Notes under the pieces: model-generated | What the model was told of the DNA's origin: nothing | Databases searched by the model: none | The model's input: only the letters and a program-made list of their open reading frames with translations | Position numbers and translations under genes: made by a program | From: Phoronis australis | Lineage: Eukaryota > Animalia > Phoronida | Assembly (NCBI GenBank): GCA_002633005.1 | Contig: NMRA01000733.1 | Span: forward strand, 111,404 to 175,403 | Reading direction: 5' to 3' | Length of the DNA: 64,000 nt | Shown here: positions 39,918 through 51,159 of the stretch, one piece after another | Position numbering within the stretch: position 1 is the first letter of the stretch | Layout: the number at the start of each line of letters is the position of its first letter

Positions 39918-40478
39918 GGGCTGTTCCACTAAAATCTGTGTGGGGGGGAAGGCAGTTGTAATAAAATTTATGGGTGGTTGTGTTTGGTTTAAATTTAAAA
40001 TGGCTGGTGGTCGTACTTCAAAAAAATAAAAATTTACAGGTCGTTGTTGTTTCATTGTGCCATGAATGTTTGATGGTGGGTAATTTCAGTAAGTTTTATA
40101 AACAATCCGCACAGAATCAACAATTAAAACAAAAACGCTACTTGCAAAACGCTCGGTCTTTGTCACTCCCTCCGATCTCCCCATTGACATGCCCATAACA
40201 CCAGTCAACCACAGGCACTCGAATTTCTCGATGGCTAATAACCATATATAAGAAACATGTTTTCTTAGTAATGAATAATGTCAGTGGTTATCGAGGAACA
40301 GATTAACTCAAGTGCCTGTGCAGTCAACCACAAGAACAACAAAAAAATTACGGGTGATTGCATTTCAAACTTATAAAAAATTACAGGTGGTGGGGTGAAA
40401 AAATAAATGAAAAATATGGATGGTGGGTGCGAAAAAAGTGCCTTCCCCCCTCCCATACAGATTTTACTGGAACAGCCC
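39918..40478. mobile_element. PIF/Harbinger-type MITE
   Basis: About 35-bp TIR GGGCTGTTCCA.TAAAATCTGT, TGA TSD on both sides. Confidence 0.82.
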
Positions 40479-40519
40479 TGAGCAATGCATTCACATGTTA
40501 GGAACGACTGATTACTTAC

Positions 40520-40611
40520 CTCAAGTTCATCACAAATCATAGCAGAGTTATGGAACTCGACCAGCTGAGATACATTATCAATCTGAATAATTCTCCCCAT
40601 GGTTTTATTGG
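40520..40611 (-). CDS. CENPM: CENP-M exon 5
   Basis: ANKTMGRIIQIDNVSQLVEFHNSAMICDELE; 92 nt, phase 1/0. Confidence 0.82.
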
Positions 40612-41523
40612 CTGTAAGAAAACAATGTGAATGAATGTCAGAACAGAATAAAACTTGGCAATGTTCCAAACATGCAACAACAAAAAAGCAAGATCATGCA
40701 ACAAGACAATGCAAAATCATAAGAATGAAAGGCAAGTTTTCACAAGTATACTCAGAAGCTTACTAGAATCCCAACACAATATGCTTAGACTTACTAGCAT
40801 ACCTAGAAAAATAGCAACCACTAAAGAGACTGGTTGGGGATGGAATGTAAAAATATGGAATACAATTCACTGTTTCCACTCCATAAGGAATCATTTCATG
40901 CCTCAAGTACAGCGCTAGTATCTTGGTCCACAGAGTGCAGCTTGGCAACAATGTTCAGAGAAGCAATAGAATCAACGATTATAAAACCTACTGGAATTAT
41001 TTACCAAGAATTCTGTAACTGGCATTAGTTAAAGACTGGAATTTGACAAAATGAGTTTTTTGAAAGACAATCCGTGGGAACACATCTGCCAGTTTCATAA
41101 TGGTTCTCCGAATGGTTTTGCAGATAAAGACGCAAACGACAACACAAAACTTAACGCCATTACGTGGCAGAAAATATATTGAATCTTCCAAAATGGCAAG
41201 GCCCTGGTGTCGTCATAATAGAAAGTTGTGTGCCAAATTTCATGAAAAACCATCAAGGAGCTTTAAAGATACAAAGGCAAACATGACAAACTAAAATTGC
41301 CACTAGGGGGCACAGTACAGCTGTAGTTAAATATGTCCAAATATCCTGGTCAGCTGTGGTCACATTGACAGGAAAACACTAAATTTCACAAGGATCCTGC
41401 AAAGTGTTAACGAGATATGGCTGGTGATGCAACAACAAATCACCGCTACAAATACCTCGTCTCAGTTGAGCCTAATCAAATAGACAACTCATTGCGTTTT
41501 AAATGAAAATTGTCTACACTTAC

Positions 41524-41603
41524 CGCCAATAACAGCAAAACAGGTTTTGCCAATGAAGAAGCGTGGATCAACCTGAGCTAAAGCCGATTCCACTGTTTGC
41601 AGA
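41524..41603 (-). CDS. CENPM: CENP-M exon 4
   Basis: SLQTVESALAQVDPRFFIGKTCFAVIG equals CENP-M SLQ..E.SL..VD..FFLGKVCF; 80 nt, phase 2/1. Confidence 0.9.
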
Positions 41604-41839
41604 CTGGAATAATTGAAAATGGAGATCATCTGGTAGAGCAATAAACGTGGCGAACAAAGAAAACATTTTATTATCGAAGATAAATAATAACTATTTCCTT
41701 ACCATAGTTGTCACTAGGCAATGATTTGAAAAACCATCACAACAATGTGCGTAGCCTTTGAAAAAGGAAAATTAGGCCAATTTTGGAAAGCATTTTTGTT
41801 AAAAAAATGGTTGTATGTTATTGCCACAATTATCCCAGT

Positions 41840-42909
41840 TATATCAACCACTCATTAATACAGTGATAATATCAACCACTCATTAATACAGTGGAAATAT
41901 CAACCACTCATTAATACAGTGATAATATCAATCACTCATTAATACAGTGATAATATCAATCACTCATTAATACAGTGATAATATCAATCACTCATTAATA
42001 CAGTGATAATATCAATCACTCATTAATACAGTGATAATATCAATCACTCATTAATACAGTGATAATATCAATCACTCATTAATACAGTGATAATATCAAT
42101 CACTCATTAATACAGTGATAATATCAATCACTCATTAATACAGTGATAATATCAATCACTCATTAATACAGTGATAATATCAATCACTCATTAATACAGT
42201 GATAATATCAATCACTCATTAATACAGTGATAATATCAATCACTCATTAATACAGTGATAATATCAATCACTCATTAATACAGTGATAATATCAATCACT
42301 CATTAATACAGTGATAATATCAATCACTCATTAATACAGTGATAATATCAATCACTCATTAATACAGTGATAATATCAATCACTCATTAATACAGTGATA
42401 ATATCAATCACTCATTAATACAGTGATAATATCAATCACTCATTAATACAGTGATAATATCAATCACTCATTAATACAGTGATAATATCAATCACTCATT
42501 AATACAGTGATAATATCAATCACTCATTAATACAGTGATAATATCAATCACTCATTAATACAGTGATAATATCAATCACTCATTAATACAGTGATAATAT
42601 CAATCACTCATTAATACAGTGATAATATCAACCACTCATTAATACAGTGATAATATCAACCACTCATTAATACAGTGATAATATCAATCACTCATTAATA
42701 CAGTGATAATATCAATCACTCATTAATACAGTGATAATATCAATCACTCATTAATACAGTGATAATATCAACCACTCATTAATACAGTGATAATATCAAC
42801 CACTCATTAATACAGTGATAATATCAATCACTCATTAATACAGTGGAAATATCAATCACTCATTAATACAGTGATAATATCAATCACTCATTAATACAGT
42901 GATAATATC
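41840..42909. repeat. 28-bp minisatellite, about 38 near-identical copies
   Basis: Unit GATAATATCAATCACTCATTAATACAGT. Confidence 0.97.
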
Positions 42910-44106
42910 TTAGATGCAGAATGAAACCTATTTTTAGACATTTCATTTGACTCGATTCTTTTTTAATAGGATAAATTTGAGTATTTTCTATACTATTGCA
43001 GTTCATCAAATATACGAAGTTACCTTACCACTTGTACCTATCATCATGTAAATACAAGATTTCAACTAATGAATGATTTTGAGCTGTTCACTTGTTCAAT
43101 AATACTCTTCAAAAGATACAAATAAGATTTGTAATATGTTTGTAAGATACCTAAAGGCAAAAATTGGAGATAAGAACTGAACTGAAATGGGCTTTGTAGT
43201 ATGATATTAAAATAGGTCAGTCTCACAATATCATTCGATTGCAGTTACATTAATCATGGCAAACTTTGTCATTTCAAGATGTTTGCATTGGGAACAATGC
43301 TGGAAAAGCTATAGCACATAAACCACTATCTTCAGAACGGAAAAATTGAAAAATGTAAGTATTTTAGAAAAAGAACACCCAACCATTATAAAAAAATCAA
43401 AAAAAACAAGTCGTATTTTAGCAATTGATCTGAGGTTGCTACATCACATCCATAGACATTAGAGAGAGACAGAGGTTGGCTGTCACATGACTTTGTATAT
43501 GTATAGCAGAGCGGCCATTTTTTGAATGGAACAGTGTTAGCCAGTGGGCTAAAAGGCTCTAACTTTGAATAGAGTTAACTTTGATGAAATAGATCAAAAT
43601 GTTTGCATTACATATTCTGTCTAGTGATATCACTTTCAGGATATTTTGGAATTAAAATGAAAATCCTCAGAAGTACTTTAGTTAAGTAATTCTGCTAATA
43701 ATGCTTAGCGTATTTTTGTTTCATTTGATCCTATTTGCCAGTATCTTGCATTTAACATACCAATAACCCTCGTATCCAGACCACCTACAGCCACGCTGGT
43801 TTGTTTATAGTCAACTTCCATACAACAATATAGCAACATGTGAGCCGAGTGCTTTCACGGCTATTTATAGTAGAACGTAGGATCTATGTCACTATATCTC
43901 CCTACATCGATGCTCACGTCAATATTCAACAAGTCTGGCCATAACAAGTTAGAAATAATTTCAGAATAAGAACATAGCAGAACTGTGAACGTGTGCTACA
44001 TTGGGAGAAATGTTTCAGTTTTGAAGAACTAATGTAGGGAGTCCCAATACTCAACAAAGTCAGAGTGGGCTAAGCATTTGTCAAGGACGGTCAAATGTCA
44101 ACGTAC

Positions 44107-44205
44107 CTGCATTTATTAGCCATATCTATCATGAAGACCAAAAAATCAATTTCTGGTCGAGTTGCACTGAGTTCACTGGGTAGTGGTAACGATTTAGCTG
44201 TCCTC
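44107..44205 (-). CDS. CENPM: CENP-M exon 3
   Basis: RTAKSLPLPSELSATRPEIDFLVFMIDMANKC equals CENP-M AKSLPLPS...RPRIDLIVF; 99 nt, phase 2/2. Confidence 0.92.
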
Positions 44206-44691
44206 CTGAAAATATCACATGGTATTACATAACACTCAATCATACAGCCATGTATGGTGAGAAGTTCAGATATCATGTACATGACGTTTTACTTAAATTA
44301 TTTTAAAGTTATACCAAGTGCTTCATTGGTAAGTCTCAGGTGGCCTACTTCAAAGTAACATACAAAAATAATGAAATGTTTGATTAAAAAGGCAAAAAAT
44401 AATACATTATGACATTACAAAATCATAAAAGATACCTTACCTCACTTCGTGAATTGTTTGCCAAATTGCATCAAGATTGAACAATAATCAAAACAGGATG
44501 TCCCAAGGTGATAGTCACATTACCTAACTTTATCTCAAGCATTTACAGGAGACAACAGGTTGAACACAAATGCGGTTTAATTGACTTCCTAAATAACAAT
44601 TCAATGTTACACCTGTGTGCACACCTGAAACTCTTATGTTTTATACAGCACAACATTTAACCATGAATTTCTATGTTGTGTTTATTTTTAA

Positions 44692-46238
44692 AGGCGAAGG
44701 CAACCTTTTTCCATGTCATTTTGAGCTAAAATAAGGTTGGTTGGTTATCCTAGACATATTTTCCACTTAATTACAGCTTTTCGTAATTTTATTAATTACT
44801 CGTCCGCTACTCCGGAAGTGACGTTTTAGGAGGCAAGCGTTTCCCACCACTTGGTTTTGCGTTGACTTTACCGTGCGAATCTGTCCTATTCTACTTTTGT
44901 TTTGTGCTGTTTTTCAACAATTGTCGCCACCACTTTTCATCGGCGAGTATTCTGCGGCAAGATAGGTTAGTAGAGAACTCAACTACGTTGGATTTAGGGA
45001 ATGTTTAGTGTGTTGTAAGCTGAAAATGGCTGGAGTCGGTGACCCGTATCACAGTGACAGTAGTGTGAGTGACGGAGACCTTGTTCACAGCAGTGGTGAC
45101 GAGGAATTTTTTNNNNNNNNNNNNNNNNNNNNNNNNNNNNNNNNNNNNNNNNNNNNNNNNNNNNNNNNNNNNNNNNNNNNNNNNNNNNNNNNNNNNNNNN
45201 NNNNNNNNNNNNNNNNNNNNNNNNNNNNNNNNNNNNNNNNNNNNNNNNNNNNNNNNNNNNNNNNNNNNNNNNNNNNNNNNNNNNNNNNNNNNNNNNNNNN
45301 NNNNNNNNNNNNNNNNNNNNNNNNNNNNNNNNNNNNNNNNNNNNNNNNNNNNNNNNNNNNNNNNNNNNNNNNNNNNNNNNNNNNNNNNNNNNNNNNNNNN
45401 NNNNNNNNNNNNNNNNNNNNNNNNNNNNNNNNNNNNNNNNNNNNNNNNNNNNNNNNNNNNNNNNNNNNNNNNNNNNNNNNNNNNNNNNNNNNNNNNNNNN
45501 NNNNNNNNNNNNNNNNNNNNNNNNNNNNNNNNNNNNNNNNNNNNNNNNNNNNNNNNNNNNNNNNNNNNNNNNNNNNNNNNNNNNNNNNNNNNNNNNNNNN
45601 NNNNNNNNNNNNNNNNNNNNNNNNNNNNNNNNNNNNNNNNNNNNNNNNNNNNNNNNNNNNNNNNNNNNNNNNNNNNNNNNNNNNNNNNNNNNNNNNNNNN
45701 NNNNNNNNNNNNNNNNNNNNNNNNNNNNNNNNNNNNNNNNNNNNNNNNNNNNNNNNNNNNNNNNNNNNNNNNNNNNNNNNNNNNNNNNNNNNNNNNNNNN
45801 NNNNNNNNNNNNNNNNNNNNNNNNNNNNNNNNNNNNNNNNNNNNNNNNNNNNNNNNNNNNNNNNNNNNNNNNNNNNNNNNNNNNNNNNNNNNNNNNNNNN
45901 NNNNNNNNNNNNNNNNNNNNNNNNNNNNNNNNNNNNNNNNNNNACATCCTGGTACGCAGCAACAGTGTGGCATGTTGACTGACTAGTAAATGAAAGCAAA
46001 CGACGACGGAACTTAACACAACCGAGGTAGAACAATGACTGACTCGGCAGCTCTCACAGTCAGACTACATGAAAAGAAATTGGCGCGAAATGCTTGCCTC
46101 CTAAAACGTCACTTCCGGAGTAGCGGACGAGTAATAACTAAAATTACGAAAAGCTGTAATTAAGTGGAAAATATGTCTAGGATAACCAACCAACCTTATT
46201 TTAGCTCAAAATGACATGGAAAAAGGTTGCCTTCGCCT
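44692..46238. mobile_element. Kolobok-like DNA transposon with about 152-bp TIRs, interior in assembly gap
   Basis: TTAA|AGGCGAAGGC ... GCCTTCGCCT|TTAA; THAP start MPHCCCVPGC on minus strand at 45973; acidic ORF start MAGVGDPYHSDSSVSDGD on plus strand at 45026. Confidence 0.8.
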
Positions 46239-46656
46239 TTAAAGTCTTGACATTACTATGGCCAATGTATAATGTGTTGTACAATGGGAACTACACCTTG
46301 ACGTTTTGCAGGTCAAATTAGAATCCTAGATCAAACAACCATTTCTGAACATCAAATCTGGCTAATTAAATTACTCTTCCTTGAAAGCCAAGGTGATGCT
46401 TTGCCTAGTGTCCTAAGGTGTTCCTACACTAGAAACTAGTGAAATGACTTTTCTTGTTTCTAGACAACTTCGCCATCTCCAAGAGTGCCTATCATCAATT
46501 CATTGTCGTGAAGTGGTCATTCACACAGGGATACCCAGGTTTCAAAATCCCGCTTGCCCGCTGGGTGAGTGAACCAGAAAATCTACTCGCCCAGCCCAAA
46601 CTTCAGTTGCCAGGTCGTTTTGTGTCCGTCACCACAAGCTTGCTGCCTACATTAAT

Positions 46657-49252
46657 AACAAGAGCAATGCGAAGCATTGAAATGCGCCAACGAATGCATT
46701 GCAAATGGTGTGCTTTTAGGGTTATTTATTTGTATCATAAAAATGGCCACTAGATGGCGCAAAAACATACAATCCATTCAAAAACAGGAACATGCCATAT
46801 TTCAGAAAAATCTGTCAAGGAACTTCAGAGAAACAAAGGAAAACAGAATAAAATGAAATTGCCACTAGTGGGCACAGTGTCCGATGGATCCGCCTAAAAG
46901 TCGTCATTGTCTGTTGTTATCTTCATATAAATACACTTACTAGATTTAGTGAAGATCTTGCAGTGGGTTTAGGAGATACACCTATGGGCGAGAAACAAAA
47001 CTACCACTAGGAGGCGCCAAAGTAGTCAGTCACCATCATCAAAGGTCATCTTCACACTGAGAACATAAATGTCAATTTTCAAATGAATTGGTTGATACAG
47101 GGGTGGACATCAAAAACAAGATTTGAAAACATCAAAAAATGGCCATTAGGAAGTGCAAAATACCTCGATTTCATCCAAAAACAGGAAGATAGCGTAATCA
47201 CACCAACAGATGCCTATATTCAAAATTTTATGAAAATCTGTTGAGGACCTTTGAAGAAAATTGCCACTAGGGGGCACAGCAGTAGTCAGATCTGTCCGAA
47301 AGTCGTCGTCATCCGTAGTCAACATCATATAAATACACTTGCTAAATTAAGTAAAGATCCTGCGAACGGAGATACAGCCATAGGCGCAACAAAAACAAAA
47401 CTGCCACTAGGAGTCGCCACAGTAGTCGATTGTTGAAAAATCATCGTCAACCGACCTCTTTATTCACCTCTTTCACGAATGCGGGGCGCTGCTGTCGTGT
47501 TGATCGAAAACGAGGCGCCTTGACAAACATGGCATCGTCCTGCAAGGTGGTGTGGTCAAAAGACTTATCAACGTTACCAAAAATCAAGTTGTCTGATGTT
47601 GAATCGATCTCCAAAAAACATACCAATACTTACGGCAACTAGACTTTTACCCTCCTCAGCCATTCCTTAGTAGTTTTCCCTCTTTTGAAAAAGTGTGGAA
47701 GTCAGGGATATACCCGGCCCAGGCTTTTAGTCTTGAAAAACCCTACTCGCCAGCTGGGCGAGTGCCAGAGCCAGAAAATCTACTCGCCAAGCCCGAAGTT
47801 CGGTCACCCGGCCATTGGCATCAGTCACCACAAACTTGCTGCTAATTTAAATAAAAATCATCGTTTCGTGCACTGATGTCACCATCTATTAGGGCTACCG
47901 TATTCGCTCTAATAAGCGCCCAGGGGGACTCTTTTTGTAGCCTACGGCAGTTAAAACCTGGTCTCCGAAACGGGTGAAATCGGAAGCTAGGATTCATCAA
48001 ATTTACGCGCTGTGACGTATGTGTAACCTATGACAGACTAGCTACAAAACTGTGGTGCATTGCTATCAAACTCTGTTGTTAAATTACGATCTTTTTAAAA
48101 TTAATGTGCTGAAATCCCAGGGCGAAAACTTGCCGACTGATGCGTCGCTGCTTCGCGATCGTCGATAGGACAACTTGAATTCNNNNNNNNNNNNNNNNNN
48201 NNNNNNNNNNNNNNNNNNNNNNNNNNNNNNNNNNNNNNNNNNNNNNNNNNNNNNNNNNNNNNNNNNNNNNNNNNNNNNNNNNNNNNNNNNNNNNNNNNNN
48301 NNNNNNNNNNNNNNNNNNNNNNNNNNNNNNNNNNNNNNNNNNNNNNNNNNNNNNNNNNNNNNNNNNNNNNNNNNNNNNNNNNNNNNNNNNNNNNNNNNNN
48401 NNNNNNNNNNNNNNNNNNNNNNNNNNNNNNNNNNNNNNNNNNNNNNNNNNNNNNNNNNNNNNNNNNNNNNNNNNNNNNNNNNNNNNNNNNNNNNNNNNNN
48501 NNNNNNNNNNNNNNNNNNNNNNNNNNNNNNNNNNNNNNNNNNNNNNNNNNNNNNNNNGAGGAAAATTATTCATATTCATCTGGGAAACGATATATAGTGC
48601 TTTTGCGCTCTGAAATTCGCTCGCCACCGGGCGACCGGCAAGTCAACTTCTACTCGCCCAGCACCATTTTTACTCGCATTGGCGACTGGGCGAGTGGCTA
48701 AGTATATCCCTGGGAAGGATACCGACGAGTTACTACTGGAATTGGTACGTTCCGGCACTGCACAGTACACCATGGCCAGCTGATGATCACTCATGAGGGT
48801 TTATCATTGTGCCTCGTTTTCGATCAGTATTTAAAGATGGCGCGGGAAGATGGCGCTTTCGTGAAATAGGTGAATAGTAAGCACATACTTATACATGCTA
48901 ATTTTCACAATCTGTATCATCCTTTGAGCGGTTTGGTTGATAGAGGGGTGGATGCAAAAAAACAGACTCGAAAACAGTACAAATGGCCAATTTCATGAAA
49001 ATTCGTTCAGGACTTTTGAAGATACAAAGGTAAGAGTATAAAACTAAAAATGCCACTAGGGGCCACACCGGTACTCAGATCCGTTCGAAAGTTTGCTCAT
49101 GCCGTCCCATTCATGAATGGAACATATGTGCCAAATTTCATGAACGTAAGTCGAACGGTTTTGGAGATAGAGTAGCGGACGCCGGACGGACGCTGCCCGG
49201 ACGGCGATGACAGCATAATGCGTCCACATATAAATATGTGGGCGCATAAAAA
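46657..49252 (+). mobile_element. Helentron-associated (HINE/DINE-like) non-autonomous element
   Basis: Starts AACAAGAG, subterminal inverted ATGCGCC/GGCGCAT, internal tandem subrepeats, GGAC microsatellite and 3' hairpin GCGTCCACATAT-AA-ATATGTGGGCGC before an A-run; host sequence resumes after 49252. Confidence 0.6.
47461..48876. mobile_element. DNA transposon relic with TATTCACCT.TTTCACGAA TIRs
   Basis: Inverted ends 47461-47479/48858-48876 plus internal inverted GATCGAAAACGAGGC; short ORF start MASSCKVVWSKDLSTLPKI. Confidence 0.55.
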
Positions 49253-51159
49253 TGGTCCTTTCGTGCGTTGATGTCACCATCTATTAGGGCTAGTATTGTT
49301 TTTTAGAAAATGCTGAATTCCTACAGAGAAACTTTTCATCGTTGATGAAATCCCTGCAACGCAAGACGTAGCCTTGGTGCAAAGCTACATACAAATGTAC
49401 AGCTATGCAGTGATGGGGGTAAAATACTCACCAGATAAAACGTGACACAAAATTAGTGTCATTAAAAACTACACTCTTCCTTGAGTACACTAAATTATTT
49501 AACATTGTTGGAATAATTGGTGTTCTACCATTATTCTGCTGCTAAAGTTGCAGCATTATCTTTGCATCGGCTTTAGGTGCCATGAAATATTGCGTCACCC
49601 ATTGGCTAGTTTCTTTGTTTGACGATTCTTCAATCAAGGTCGTTCTTTCACGAGGTTGCGTACACGTCATAACAAATTATTGCTATTATCATTATAAGTT
49701 TTTAATATTTTAATACCAGCAAACCAAATTTCCGAACAAATTTTGCTGTCATCTTCTCCCAAGAGATATGAAACTTTAGGAAATGGCGTGTGCGCGTGTC
49801 ACGAGCGTACTGTTTTCAAAACGAGAACCTACTTTTCTTTGTTACAAAAGGCGGAGAATGACCCAAGAAAGTTATTAGATTGTTCTTCATTTAAACGGCT
49901 GTAACGGACAAGGTGAGTGGCGGTTGACTCTTAGATTTTGCATGCACCCCCCGCCGGTCTTTAGCTCTATATTTTGATACTCGTTTCACGGAGAGGTGAC
50001 GAGCAGAACTACCCTGGCTGTGTGCAATTTGGAGGACAGTTGGAGCTCGACACAGTGGTACTTACTGTATTTTGACAATAGCCTTCCTACAGCTAGCTGG
50101 CTGGCTTTGCAAGATGATACGTTATCCAACACAGTAACTACATTTTAATTAAAATTGCACGCCATCTTCTGTGTCTTGAAGCCAGGCTCACCCTTTCTGC
50201 CGATCAGATTCAAAATCTCGCCTTCTCTTGTTTTCCTCATAATCTGTTTGCTTTTTTCTTTTTTTTTTCGCCGCAGTTTGCTTAGGAGGGCTCATTCCCT
50301 CTAAAAAAACGCCACATTTTTACACTCGACAAATGAAAATGAGAACACCCAAGACAATAGCACGTGCAACAGTCGTGCACAAGTCAATGTGCATATCATG
50401 ATACTGCCTCATAGTTGGACTAGAACAGTTTTCAAGGGATGGGAATAATACTCATTGTCTTGCCAGTGGACGAGAAATGCTGTGCTGTACTGCTAAATCA
50501 TATGGCTGGACCAAAATATGAAAAAAGCCTTTGCACCTGTCAGTCTCATGGCTGCACCAAATAGACTCTATACATGTATGATCAATCTAGCAAAAAATTA
50601 CGATATCTTATTTTGTTAATAACGACATTTAGCACAACCATATAAATGTATAATGCTTTCAATGTTATTATTTATAAAATAATCTTGGCTAAAATTACAC
50701 CGTACAATAAGAAGTCATTTCCAAGAAATATCGTATTTCACTTGCTCTGAGCACATGGACAGGTCTTCCGCTCCCCCCCTTTTTCTTCGTTTTGGACAAG
50801 TCCACCGTTGTGCAGGGCCCACCCCACATCGCACTCACTATGACCTTTTGTCTAGACGAATCGCATAATGGTTAATGTACACTGACTCGGTAGGATCGCA
50901 CTGCGCCGATGTTTTTTTACTTCCGGATCATCGACACGCGGACCAAACTTAAACTCAAATTCATGGTAAAAACATGATAAAAAACAGCACAGGGAGAAAA
51001 CTTATTCACTTTCATCTGGGAAACGATGGAGTGCTTTTGCGCTCTGAAAATTCGCACGCCACCTGGACGCCCGGCAAGTGAACTCTACTCGCCCAGCACT
51101 TTTTACTGGCACTGGCGACTGGGCAAGTGGCTAAGTATAACCCTGCTCACACAAATTCG

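Larger units (their letters stand above)
46526..51145. mobile_element. hAT-like non-autonomous element hosting nested insertions
   Basis: CAGGGATA ... TATAACCCTG ends with CTACTCGCCC subterminal repeats; second copy of same family nested at 47703-48712; TSD not clean. Confidence 0.6.

Noticed and set aside
41840-42909. Regular short repeats suggesting a CRISPR array (also 7658, 35097, 38712, 51160)
   Set aside because: Head-to-tail units without unique spacers, no cas genes, eukaryotic intron context
44994-46035. 300+ aa ORFs in the ORF track (also 48079-48627 and 60021-60428)
   Set aside because: They run through N gaps; only the short starts at 45026 and 45973 carry information
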